From positions 7,720-71,719 of the forward strand of contig JBDRHZ010000023.1 of NCBI GenBank assembly GCA_043816305.1: DNA of 64,000 nt, written 5' to 3'. The notes beneath the pieces were generated by a model. The model had not been told where the DNA came from and did no database searches. It was given only the letters and a program-made list of their open reading frames with translations. This document shows, piece after piece, positions 26,202-35,144 of this stretch. Source of the DNA: Patescibacteria group bacterium (lineage in GTDB: Bacteria > Patescibacteriota > Dojkabacteria > JAHIVN01). Position numbers and translations under genes: made by a program. Every line of letters starts with the position of its first letter. The stretch's first letter is position 1.

Positions 26202-26504
26202 CTAGTTCGAGTTAGCCATTAATCCTTGCAAAACTTTATCAGCTTCGTTCAAAAAATCATCTGATAAAGCACCCCGATAGCTACCTAGTTGCACGCGAGC
26301 CATACGTAGGGCAAGAAAGACATTAACCCCGGGTGTAATTTCACAGACATCTTGAAGAACTCTATACGCAAAGTTAAAGCCTGTTTCTCTATCTCTTGGA
26401 GTAACAACTGGTTTTACCACCCCTGAGTATTCACCGGGTTCCATATACAGAATCATACAAATATGCTTGATTATATCACCAGTTCTGAAAGCTATCAAAC
26501 ACAT
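26202..26504 (-). CDS. Hypothetical ORF adjacent to the IS remnant (possibly a gene fragment)
   Basis: 100-aa ORF with no recognised motif. It sits immediately downstream of the truncated transposase reading frame. Confidence 0.25.
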   Translation of the reverse strand: MCLIAFRTGDIIKHICMILYMEPGEYSGVVKPVVTPRDRETGFNFAYRVLQDVCEITPGVNVFLALRMARVQLGSYRGALSDDFLNEADKVLQGLMANSN

Positions 26505-26516
26505 GTACGAGGTTGC

Positions 26517-26974
26517 ATTACATATGTCTCCTGTTTACTCTTAGTCTGTACTTTCTTTCTCTTTTTCTTCTCTTCAATCCTGCAGTGTTTACTATCTTCT
26601 GTATTCTACTTTGTCCTATACTTATTCCTTCTCTCTGAACTAGTATCTGTAACTTTACCTTTCCCTAGCCGTATTCCTGTCTTAACTCTACCACTCTCTC
26701 TATTACCTCAAAGGGTATATTGCTTTCTCTTACTCTAATTGGTTTCCTGGACTCATCTTCCAGTGTTGACAGCTTCCATCTGTTATACTTCTTTCTCCAG
26801 TATCTTATCGTTGATTCTGCTATTCCAAAGTGTCTTGATGCTTTTCTTGTGCTGTTTCCTTCCTCTATGTAATCCATCCAGCCTAGTCGTAGTCTTGCCT
26901 TTGGACTTAGGCCAAGTGATGTTTGCTATGTAGGGGGATTTATATCTTGCTGTTGTTTTGATACCATACTTCAT
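26517..26974 (-). pseudogene. IS481-like transposase remnant: N-terminal HTH region only, with one frameshift, one in-frame TAG and no DDE domain
   Basis: Minus strand reads MKYGIKTTARYKSPY.. (frame A), then LGLSPKARLRLGWMDYIEEGNSTRKASRHFGIAESTIRYWRKKYN...VELRQEYG-TAG-GKVKLQILVQREGISIGQSRIQKIVNTAGLKRRKRE (frame B). The TAG sits where IS481-type proteins have W (..WG..ki...L..eGi.vs.stV.riL...GL). The reading frame ends at 26517 without a catalytic domain. Confidence 0.65.
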
Positions 26975-27092
26975 GGTGCGATTACGTAACAATTTATCAT
27001 AGTTATTATATCGCACCTCTGCGCAACATGTATCCCAACTTATTCACACACCCTTCTGTATATTTCAAAAGCTACTGTTTAAGAGCAGTTTA

Positions 27093-27101
27093 TGGTAAAA
27101 T
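27093..27101 (+). promoter_or_regulatory. Candidate extended -10 element TGGTAAAAT upstream of the ASCH gene
   Basis: TGnTAAAAT motif 37 nt before the ATG at 27139. Confidence 0.35.
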
Positions 27102-27138
27102 TTAGTTGATGCCCGACTAACATCTAACATCAAAAAAA

Positions 27139-27555
27139 ATGCTACATCTAGCGATCTTTACTCCAGGCTACATCACCAAAATATTTACGGGCCAAAAAAC
27201 TATTGATGCCAGGTTCTCAAAGATACAATGTGCGCCATTTGGAAATATCGAAAAAGGAGATCTTGTACTTATGAAGAAATCCGGAGGAGCTATAGAAGGT
27301 TACTTTGTTGCAGGAAATGTGAAATTTTATAAAAACTTGACTCCGGACAAGTTGAAAGAAATCATTAAGAAGAATTGGGATGCGCTGGCACTTTCAGAAA
27401 AGTTTTGGCAGGAAAGGGTAAGCGCAACATTACTCACTCTTATAGACATAAAAAGACCAACGAAGTTCAGAATTCCAGTTACGGTAAAGAAGAGAAGCCT
27501 TTCTGGCTGGGTCATGCTCGGAGGCGAAAGCCAGAAGCAGATACAGCTTTTTTAG
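27139..27555 (+). CDS. ASCH domain protein
   Basis: 138 aa. ITKIFTGQKTIDARFSK...GDLVLMKKSGGAIEGYF matches the ASCH beta-barrel pattern (GxKTxExR ... GD). Confidence 0.65.
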   Translation: MLHLAIFTPGYITKIFTGQKTIDARFSKIQCAPFGNIEKGDLVLMKKSGGAIEGYFVAGNVKFYKNLTPDKLKEIIKKNWDALALSEKFWQERVSATLLTLIDIKRPTKFRIPVTVKKRSLSGWVMLGGESQKQIQLF

Positions 27556-27606
27556 TCCAGATAACAACAATTGTTGAACTAATGTTAAACAATTGTACAG
27601 CCTCTC

Positions 27607-28707
27607 CTAAACATCTCCCCGGCCTATCTCCCCGCTGCATACAACTACCTCCCCATCATACAACATCCCAAACTGTCCCTCAGTCACACCAAATGCTTTA
27701 TCCTTCAACTCTAATTCTAGCGAATTATCGTTCAGTTTCTTCACTTTTCCCATCACCCCTTTGTGAGGATGTCTGAGTTTGACCAAGTATTCTTTTCCCT
27801 CTTCCAGCAAATCGCCTGCGAGAACATTCAAAGACTTCAACACAACCGTGCCTGCTAGAAGATACTTGCTACTGCTACCCTTCGCAACGTAAACTATATT
27901 CTTTTCGACATCTTTCTTGGCTACATAATAAGGTTTCCCAGCTCCGCCAATTCCGAGGCCACTCCTTTGCCCGATCGTGAAAAACCAGTAGCCATCATGT
28001 TCGCCTACAACTCTTCCACTCTCTATATCTATAATTCCACCTTTCTTTTTCCCCATATATCTCTCAAGAAAATCATTGAAGCGAATTCTTCCTAAGAAAC
28101 AAAGCCCTTGACTATCGGGACGTGCGTGGGTTGGGAGACCTGCCTTCTTTGCGATATCACGAACTTCACTTTTCAACATATCCCCTATCGGAAACATCGC
28201 TTTAATCAGCTGTTTCTTTGTCATTCTGCTCAGAAAGTAAGTCTGGTCCTTCCAAGCATCCTTTGCTCTAAACAATCTATCAACAACCTGCTGCTTGCCC
28301 GACGAAGCCTCGGCGAAGTCGGGTTCGCTGTTCTTTAATCTCGCATAATGTCCCGTAGCTATTCTGTCATACTTTTTCCCATATTTTTCATCAAACACTC
28401 CAAACTTAATCAGCTGATTACACATTATGTCCGGATTCGGAGTTCTCCCCTCTTTCAGTGTTTTTAGCGTATACTCAACGATTGATTTCCAATATTCTTT
28501 TTGTAAATTGACTACTTTAAGAAGGACTTTCAGTTTATTAGTAACTGCCCGAGCATACTTCAGGTCTTCTTTCCACGGACAGACTTTGAAATCCTCCTCT
28601 AGCCAGATCTTGATATAATATGATGTAACGTCATACCCCTGCTTTTTCAAAAGGTATAATGCTACCGAGCTGTCAACACCACCTGAAGTGAGTACTGCGA
28701 TTTTCAT
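27607..28707 (-). CDS. mnmA: tRNA 2-thiouridine(34) synthase MnmA
   Basis: MKIAVLTSGGVDSSVAL (PP-loop SGGxDS), then ...ATGHYAR..., DQTYFL, ...DSQGLCF. The ATG at 28707 is preferred over the track start at 28806. Confidence 0.92.
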   Translation of the reverse strand: MKIAVLTSGGVDSSVALYLLKKQGYDVTSYYIKIWLEEDFKVCPWKEDLKYARAVTNKLKVLLKVVNLQKEYWKSIVEYTLKTLKEGRTPNPDIMCNQLIKFGVFDEKYGKKYDRIATGHYARLKNSEPDFAEASSGKQQVVDRLFRAKDAWKDQTYFLSRMTKKQLIKAMFPIGDMLKSEVRDIAKKAGLPTHARPDSQGLCFLGRIRFNDFLERYMGKKKGGIIDIESGRVVGEHDGYWFFTIGQRSGLGIGGAGKPYYVAKKDVEKNIVYVAKGSSSKYLLAGTVVLKSLNVLAGDLLEEGKEYLVKLRHPHKGVMGKVKKLNDNSLELELKDKAFGVTEGQFGMLYDGEVVVCSGEIGRGDV

Positions 28708-29237
28708 GATGGGGAAATTATAACACATGGGACGATTGTCAGACTCTTGGGAAACGTGATTAGCGGATTGCGCGTGCTTGATACCAGATCCCAGCCAAAC
28801 TATCAAATCTATGTACTACCTAAACTTTCTTGCTACATGAATTAGTCTCCAGTTACGTAATTCTTTTCCAAGTCAATAATACAATACCGGACGGAACCTA
28901 TCTAGCAAGGAATTTCTTGATTTTTGAAGTTTCGTTCAGCATCTTAAGTAAACTTATTTCAAAACCAAGTTTCTCGGTGGTTTCTGGGTCTATTTTTACA
29001 GCAATGATTTTACAATAGCCCACCTAGAGGATCAGTGTACTTAGATGTGAAATATCAGTCCTTGGCTCAGTAAAAATGTTGCATATTCAAAGTGTTTCTA
29101 GTGCGCAACATGTATGCAACCTGTACAACATCTTGATAATCTCCAAGTGGTGATGTAAACTGTTACTGCAAAGTTTTATATATTTAAAGTTGCTTACGGC
29201 CGATTTTAACTAAAAAGTTAATTTCGGATATAGTCTA

Positions 29238-31835
29238 ATGAAGGGTATAGTCCGCTTAATAATCCATACTATTCCTATATTCATATTTTTTGTGGTTGTG
29301 TTTCTGTTCTATGGAACGAAGAGTCGAGCCTTTGCAGTGTTACTTGATACTCCGGATGAGGATATCTGGATTACAAATGGAATAGTAAGAGCTTCGGTGG
29401 CCGGTAATGATGGTATAGTCTACATCGGCGGCTCTTTTAATTATATTGGGCCAAATACAGGGAATGGAGTACCTTTTGATATAACTAACGGTGACCCCGT
29501 ATCTAGCTATCCTAAAATTGATGGCTTTGTGCGTACAGCAGTTCCCGATGGTTCGGGTGGTTTTTATTTAGGAGGATCATTCAACTATGCGGGGGGGATG
29601 CCACGAAATCGTCTTGTTCACCTTTTTTCTGATGGAACAGTTGATTTAGCATGGAATCCAAATTCAAATGGTGATGTTTACTCTTTAGCCGTTAGTGGGT
29701 CGATTATATATGTAGGTGGAGAATTCACATCGATCGGTGGTCAAACACGAAACCGAATTGCTGCTGTCGACACTTCTACTGGAGCTGTTACAACATGGAA
29801 TCCAAACGCAAATAATAGAGTTTTTGAGTTGTCGATAAGTGACTCGATAGTGTATGCAGGAGGATTCTTTACTACAATAGGAGGGCAACCAAGAAATCGT
29901 ATTGCAGCCTTAGATGTTTCGACCGGAAATGCCACAACATGGAATCCAAATGCAAATAGTCATGTAAGTACTTTGACTGTTAGTGGTTCGACAGTGTATG
30001 TCGGAGGAGGCTTTACTACAATAGGCGGCCAGTCAAGAAACTTTTTAGCTGCCTTAGATACAACATCCGGTAATGCTACAGCGTGGAATCCGAATGCAAA
30101 TAGTCAAGTGAGCACTATAGCTGTTAGTGGTTCAATAGTGTACGTTGGGGGAAATTTTTCTACAGTAGGCGGCCAGTCAAGAAATTATTTAGCTGCCTTA
30201 GATGCAACATCCGGTAATGCTACAGCGTGGAATCCGAATGCAAATAATCAAGTGGGTATTATTGCTGTTGTTGGTTCGACAGTGTATGTCGGGGGAAACT
30301 TTACAACAATAGGAAGCCAGTCGCGTAGGTCTATTGCTTCTCTTGATTCAATTACAGGAATTGCGACTGCATGGAACCCTGAAACAAGCGGTGTTCCAAT
30401 GACTTTGGCTGTTAGTGGTTCTATGCTGTATGTAGGTGGCAACTTTGTTTCCATTGGTGGAAAAGCAAGAAGCAATCTTGCCGCATTTGATACTTATACG
30501 GGAGAGTTTACAGAATGGGATCCTGTTTCGTCTGGTGATGTTTATACACTCGTATTTGATGATTCTAAAGTATATATCGGTGGGGACTTTTTCAATATTG
30601 GAGGTCAGTCCCGTTACCGAATTGCTGCAGTAGAAACCCCTACTGGTACCGTAACAGCGTGGAATCCAAGTGCTAATAACAGTGTTTTTTCAATCGCAGT
30701 AAATGGTTCAACAGTATATGCAGGAGGAAACTTTACAACAATAGGCGGCCAGTCAAGAAATTATTTGGCTGCCTTAGATGCAACATCCGGCAATGCTACT
30801 GTGTGGGATCCGAACGCAAATAGCTGGGTCAATACTATAACTATCGATGGTTCAACAGTATACGCAGGAGGAAACTTTACAACAATAGGCGGTCAGTCAA
30901 GAAATTATTTGGCTGCCTTAGATGCAACATCCGGTAATGCTACTGCGTGGGATCCGAATGCAAATAGTTCAGTGACTAGCGTGGCTGTTAGTGATTCTAT
31001 GCTGTATGTATGTGGAGCTTTCAAAGCATTCCAAAATAATCTTCTTTATCGTCCTAGTTTTGCGAGATTCAACGATGATTCTACTGCACCAGTTATTTCG
31101 CTCACGGCTTTATCACCAGATCCAACAACCGATCTTAGTCCGACGTTCTGGGGTACGGCTACAGATGACTTAAATACAGTGACATTAGTTGAATTTCAAA
31201 TAGATAGTACTTCTGGCTCATGGACGACTTGTGTTTCTGACGATGGTACATTTGATGAAGCTTCGGAAATTTTTACTTGCGACGTTTCCGCTTTGACTGA
31301 TGGCAGTCATAAAATTTATGTTCGTGCTACCGATAGTACTGGTAATACTACAGGTTCCGGTAGTGAAGCAACGGATACATTTACTGTTGATACTACAGTA
31401 GAAGGGAAAACCATTTCAATAGGGGGAAAACTAATTGAAGAAGGTAAAGACAATGCGGAAATCGGAAATAAGAAACCCGAGTTCAGAGGAAGTGGAGAGC
31501 CAGAAGCATTGGTTACAATAGTACTAAGTGGAGATGGTATAGTGGTGATAGGAAGAACAGCAGTAGGAGAAGATGGAAGTTGGGCATGGAAACCGAATGA
31601 AGCTCTGCCTAACGGTGAATATACTGTCATTATTACTTATGAAGATAGAGTTGGTAATACAAGAGAGGAAAAGTTCACACTTATAATAAAAGCTGGATCT
31701 ATTGACACAACTGAAACTGAACTTGCTGATAGCGGGGGTAATAGTAGATATATGATAATATATGGACTAATCCTTATCACTTTTTCTCTAGGAATATATA
31801 GACAGGATACATCCGTGATAATGATTAAACTTTAA
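29238..31835 (+). CDS. Large surface protein: signal/TM peptide, about 12 x 48-aa beta-propeller repeats (DUF5122/delta-60-like), two Ig-like domains, C-terminal LADSG + TM + tail
   Basis: The repeat unit WNPNANxxVxxxAVSGSxVYVGGNFTTIGGQSRNYLAALDATSGNAT occurs ten times plus two divergent N-terminal units. It is followed by Ig-like segments (PTFWGTATDD...DGSHKIYVRATDSTGN; PEFRGSGEPEALVTIV...DGSWAWKP...LPNGEYTVIITYEDRVGN). The protein ends ELADSGGNSRYMIIYGLILITFSLGIYRQD. Confidence 0.8.
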   Translation: MKGIVRLIIHTIPIFIFFVVVFLFYGTKSRAFAVLLDTPDEDIWITNGIVRASVAGNDGIVYIGGSFNYIGPNTGNGVPFDITNGDPVSSYPKIDGFVRTAVPDGSGGFYLGGSFNYAGGMPRNRLVHLFSDGTVDLAWNPNSNGDVYSLAVSGSIIYVGGEFTSIGGQTRNRIAAVDTSTGAVTTWNPNANNRVFELSISDSIVYAGGFFTTIGGQPRNRIAALDVSTGNATTWNPNANSHVSTLTVSGSTVYVGGGFTTIGGQSRNFLAALDTTSGNATAWNPNANSQVSTIAVSGSIVYVGGNFSTVGGQSRNYLAALDATSGNATAWNPNANNQVGIIAVVGSTVYVGGNFTTIGSQSRRSIASLDSITGIATAWNPETSGVPMTLAVSGSMLYVGGNFVSIGGKARSNLAAFDTYTGEFTEWDPVSSGDVYTLVFDDSKVYIGGDFFNIGGQSRYRIAAVETPTGTVTAWNPSANNSVFSIAVNGSTVYAGGNFTTIGGQSRNYLAALDATSGNATVWDPNANSWVNTITIDGSTVYAGGNFTTIGGQSRNYLAALDATSGNATAWDPNANSSVTSVAVSDSMLYVCGAFKAFQNNLLYRPSFARFNDDSTAPVISLTALSPDPTTDLSPTFWGTATDDLNTVTLVEFQIDSTSGSWTTCVSDDGTFDEASEIFTCDVSALTDGSHKIYVRATDSTGNTTGSGSEATDTFTVDTTVEGKTISIGGKLIEEGKDNAEIGNKKPEFRGSGEPEALVTIVLSGDGIVVIGRTAVGEDGSWAWKPNEALPNGEYTVIITYEDRVGNTREEKFTLIIKAGSIDTTETELADSGGNSRYMIIYGLILITFSLGIYRQDTSVIMIKL
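29652..31070 (+). repeat. In-frame 144-nt tandem coding repeats inside the propeller gene
   Basis: Ten consecutive 48-codon units. Some units are near-identical at nucleotide level, for example GGCCAGTCAAGAAATTATTT[A/G]GCTGCCTTAGATGCAACATCCGG[T/C]AATGCTAC at about 30171, 30750 and 30891. Confidence 0.85.
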
Positions 31836-32156
31836 TCCTGTAAATCATTAGAAAGGGTGAGTACAACAATTTTCTTTGTCACTATTGCCGTACCTATAGG
31901 TATGAATTGTATTCCTGTCGTTATTTCAGAATGGTTCTAATTTCTACGAGATTTGTTCATAGGATCAAGGTTTTATCGCTATATAATCATCCATCTCTCC
32001 TATCTCCCTCGGACCATATAACATATGATAAAATGTGTTAGGCAGGTGGATAACCGATCTCGCACGCATCATGTCCAAAAAAAGATTTACTGAAAAAAAT
32101 ATAGCTCTCACTTCTGAACTCACCTAATTGCAAATAAAAGTTTAGAAAATAAAAAT

Positions 32157-32531
32157 CTAATCACCCTCAATTCTACTTCCAATGATTACTGACAGTGTTG
32201 ACCCTGCAACTGCTCCCACAGTAATACCACCCATAAGCGCAAGAGTCATTCCTATAGCACCAGCCCCAGAGGTAACTGCTTTGTGCCCAAAATACATACC
32301 AGCCGTGTAAGCTCCAATAAGTTTGAGAGAGGCCCCAAGAACAAACCTTTTCTCAGAAGGTGTCATGCTATCTACTCTTAATCGGACACATTTAGCCGTG
32401 TTTTTGACTAGACCTTTTACCCGGAGCAGTCCTCCTGTAACTCTCAAAAGTTTCTCTCGAAAAAGCGCAAATTTGTTTACTCCTGTTTCGAACTCTAAGT
32501 TATCCATATAGATAAAAAGATAAGGATTCAT
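32157..32531 (-). CDS. Hypothetical small membrane protein with glycine-zipper C-terminus
   Basis: GAGAIGMTLALMGGITVGAVAGSTLSVIIG is a glycine-zipper-like hydrophobic region. No family recognised. Confidence 0.4.
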   Translation of the reverse strand: MNPYLFIYMDNLEFETGVNKFALFREKLLRVTGGLLRVKGLVKNTAKCVRLRVDSMTPSEKRFVLGASLKLIGAYTAGMYFGHKAVTSGAGAIGMTLALMGGITVGAVAGSTLSVIIGSRIEGD

Positions 32532-32603
32532 TATATCAGTTACACTAATCCATTCTCAACTATAGGACGGACAGAAAGTGATTGAAGTGCTCTGTGTAGT
32601 TAA

Positions 32604-32638
32604 GGCTTACGGGTTACGGAGTACGGTTACCGGCTACC
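32604..32638. repeat. Heptamer tandem repeat (5 units)
   Basis: GGCTTAC GGGTTAC GGAGTAC GGTTACC GGCTACC, in the gap between two minus-strand genes. Confidence 0.7.
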
Positions 32639-32642
32639 AGTT

Positions 32643-34517
32643 CTAATAATATGGATTATCCGGCACATCGTGTGAAGCCGGCTGTGCATGCACGAAATTC
32701 TTTGAGGACAGCTTCTTTATGACTCTTATGATCGAGTAAAAAACAATTATCACTAATATCAGAAAAAGAATGACTGGGATACCTAAAAACACAATTTTTC
32801 CATATACGTTTAGCTGGTCTATCTTTTCCAAAACCTTGTGCTTTGGTGTATATCTATACCGGTCAAGCAATGATGATAAATCTTCCACGTCCTCAAGTTC
32901 CAGCTCATCGATTATTTCTATCTGAAAAGTCGGAGGATCGAGTTTCATAGTATCGACAGAGTATTTTGTAATCGGGCTTGGCGTCTCGACGTCTATACTT
33001 GCAACCCGCCATAGAGCATGATCCAGATCTGAACCGATATAGTTTCTCCTCCCAGTATCACCCCAGGTCGGATCAACTGGAACCCAGCCAATATTTGGCA
33101 TGTAAACCTCGGTCCATTGATGACCTTCCTCAGTTTCTTCTTCGGCTCTAGGGTCAAAACCATATCCAAAAGCTGCTCTGGCTGGGATTCCCTGCGCGCG
33201 CAGCAGAGTTATCAAGAGATCAGAGTATTCCATACATACACTGCTACCGCCTTTCAAAGTTGCAAGCGCACCTTGCCGCTGGTTGTTTATACCAGTTTTC
33301 AGGTTATCATAGTCTACATTTTCAGTCACATAATTGTAGTCAGCAAGAACAATATCGTAGACATTCTTCATATCCCCTTTTAACTTTTCGGCTGTTGTTT
33401 GAATTTCTGAATCGTTTACTTCCCAGAAATTGGCTTGTTCCAGCAGATTTTCATATGATCTTTTCTCACCATCAGACTCAGAATAAACTTTGTCCAGATC
33501 AATATCGCTTATTGTCCCAACAGTCTTTTTATTGATTTCTTTTGTAATGCTCGTTACGATATAGCCTTCAACGGCAATCTCTGTCTCCTCCTCATTTGTA
33601 AATGAAAACCTAGCAACAACATTTCCTTCACTATCCTCTTTGACATACACAGGCGAAGGCATAATGGATTTGAAGTAGACTTTTTGATTACCGCCATCGC
33701 CCTCTCTAGGCAAAACCAGGTCATAAAAGACATTGAATATTTTTGACGATAGCTCTTTTGTTGCCCTAACGGGCTGAGTAATTCTAAATTTATAATACTG
33801 AAGGTCCCCTATCTGAACCCATGCAGAATTCTCTACTAGAGCGTCAACATCAAACTTGTAAACACTTCCGTCTTCAGTGTGAGAAGATGTGTGCTCAGAA
33901 GGAAGAACAAAATTTGGTTCATCAAATGATTTATCTAGTTCCAAAATTACTGAATAATGCGTTTTTGATGTTGCCCCAGAGTCATATGAGACAACATCAC
34001 TGTATCCTTTCGGAAGCCCTGGAACATAGATATTCCAAACATTTCCACTTCTGTTTACCAGCTCAAAGTTTTTGTATTCCAACACATATACATAATCTGT
34101 ACCTTTCACTACATTGGACTTGAATTTCGTAGTAAGCTCAATTTTCTTGTCATCTATTTTAATGTCATAGTCTAGTTTGTTGCCTGAAGGATCGGTTAAA
34201 GAAATTGTCTTTGCGACTTTCTTCAGATCTTCTTTTGAACTTTCGGACCTGGTTTTGAATGAAGATATGATAAACTTTTCAGATGAATCTCGCGGAATGT
34301 AATACTTGCTGGATGAATTCTCAATAGTTCTTATCTCCCTTATACTCATGATCCCCGAAGAATCGACCGAATAGGAAAGATCAATATTTGTAGTAAAATC
34401 TGCTGCTGACACAGATCCTGCTGGCAAAAAAGCATACATAACTACCACCAGCAAACAGGTAGACATAATCTTTATAAGGGAAAGTCTAATTTTTGATTCC
34501 AATAATTTCATTTCCAT
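32643..34517 (-). CDS. Transglutaminase-like (Cys-His-Asp) domain surface protein with signal peptide and C-terminal TM anchor
   Basis: GGSSVCMEYSDLLITLLRAQGIPARAAFGYGF ... EGHQWTEVYMPNIGWVPVDPTWG is the classical transglutaminase-core C/H/D arrangement. The N-terminal signal peptide ends VSA. C-terminal TM helix IVFLGIPVILFLILVIIVFY. Confidence 0.85.
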   Translation of the reverse strand: MEMKLLESKIRLSLIKIMSTCLLVVVMYAFLPAGSVSAADFTTNIDLSYSVDSSGIMSIREIRTIENSSSKYYIPRDSSEKFIISSFKTRSESSKEDLKKVAKTISLTDPSGNKLDYDIKIDDKKIELTTKFKSNVVKGTDYVYVLEYKNFELVNRSGNVWNIYVPGLPKGYSDVVSYDSGATSKTHYSVILELDKSFDEPNFVLPSEHTSSHTEDGSVYKFDVDALVENSAWVQIGDLQYYKFRITQPVRATKELSSKIFNVFYDLVLPREGDGGNQKVYFKSIMPSPVYVKEDSEGNVVARFSFTNEEETEIAVEGYIVTSITKEINKKTVGTISDIDLDKVYSESDGEKRSYENLLEQANFWEVNDSEIQTTAEKLKGDMKNVYDIVLADYNYVTENVDYDNLKTGINNQRQGALATLKGGSSVCMEYSDLLITLLRAQGIPARAAFGYGFDPRAEEETEEGHQWTEVYMPNIGWVPVDPTWGDTGRRNYIGSDLDHALWRVASIDVETPSPITKYSVDTMKLDPPTFQIEIIDELELEDVEDLSSLLDRYRYTPKHKVLEKIDQLNVYGKIVFLGIPVILFLILVIIVFYSIIRVIKKLSSKNFVHAQPASHDVPDNPYY

Positions 34518-34589
34518 GAAAATTTCACGGGCTAAGGAAAAAAATCTGCCTCCTTGACAAGATATCAGAGAATTATTTATATGACAAAT

Positions 34590-34829
34590 TTACTTTACAG
34601 GTTTAGGCCCTTCTACAGTGATAGGTTTCTGAGGAATGGGAATTTTTGGTTTGTTAATGGCTCTCACTATCAAATTCCCTACAACCCCGAACACTAAAAG
34701 TAAAACGCCGGTTATCACATACTCCGCCCACATAGGCAGGTCAAAAAAGAGGTATAACGGAAGTGAGAAAAAAACTGCCAAAAGTATCCCTAGGAAACAT
34801 CCAAATGTTTGAGCACTCTTGTCGTCCAT
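34590..34829 (-). CDS. Small two-TM membrane protein (hypothetical)
   Basis: 79-aa ORF with FGCFLGILLAVFFSLPLYLFF and VITGVLLLVFGVVGNLIV. Confidence 0.4.
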   Translation of the reverse strand: MDDKSAQTFGCFLGILLAVFFSLPLYLFFDLPMWAEYVITGVLLLVFGVVGNLIVRAINKPKIPIPQKPITVEGPKPVK

Positions 34830-34882
34830 TTTGTAAATAGAATAATAAGGATAATATATAATATTACGGAGAGAATAACAAG

Positions 34883-34975
34883 GTACGCAGATAGTAAACC
34901 GTAAGCCGTAGACTGTAATCCATATTTCGTAATCCGCCGTGCCCTGCCTGTCCTGGTCGTTAGGCCAGGGAACTA
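34883..34975. repeat. Heptamer-phased repeat followed by a GC-rich imperfect hairpin
   Basis: GTACGCA GATAGTA AACCGTA AGCCGTA GACTGTA ATCCATA TTTCGTA ATCCGCC, then GTGCCCTGCCTGTCCTGGTCGTTAGGCCAGGGAAC. It shares CCGCCGTGCC(C)TGCC with 13827-13840. Confidence 0.65.
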
Positions 34976-35116
34976 GTCGAGGTGTATTCCGTAAACAGTA
35001 GTCGGAATCTGTAGGACAGTAATAGGGATGAGTTAGAAGGTGACAGATAAAAGATAACGGATATCTGATATCTAAAATCCAGCAACTACTAAATATTATC
35101 CAAATCTCGTGATATG

Positions 35117-35125
35117 TGATAAAAT
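35117..35125 (+). promoter_or_regulatory. Candidate extended -10 element TGATAAAAT upstream of infB
   Basis: Identical 9-mer to 10707-10715 and 60382-60390, 19 nt before the infB ATG. Confidence 0.4.
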
Positions 35126-35144
35126 CTTAAGTCACATCTAAAAA

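Noticed and set aside
26665-26667. In-frame TAG inside the transposase-like frame, considered as evidence for stop-codon reassignment
   Set aside because: All long housekeeping ORFs in the window terminate normally with TAA, TAG or TGA and need no readthrough. The same locus also has a frameshift and lacks the catalytic domain, so pseudogenisation explains the TAG.
27020-27033. 14-mer TGCGCAACATGTAT shared with 29102-29115, considered as possible IS terminal repeats flanking ASCH-mnmA
   Set aside because: The copies are direct rather than inverted, and similarity stops after 14 nt. Several chance 14-mer matches are expected among ~2x10^9 position pairs in 64 kb. mnmA is a core gene and unlikely to be IS cargo.
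29652-31070. Regularly spaced near-identical DNA repeats that could be mistaken for a CRISPR array or a DGR template/variable-region pair
   Set aside because: The period is 144 nt, in frame, within one continuous ORF encoding 48-aa propeller blades. There are no unique spacers. No cas genes or reverse transcriptase occur anywhere in the window.
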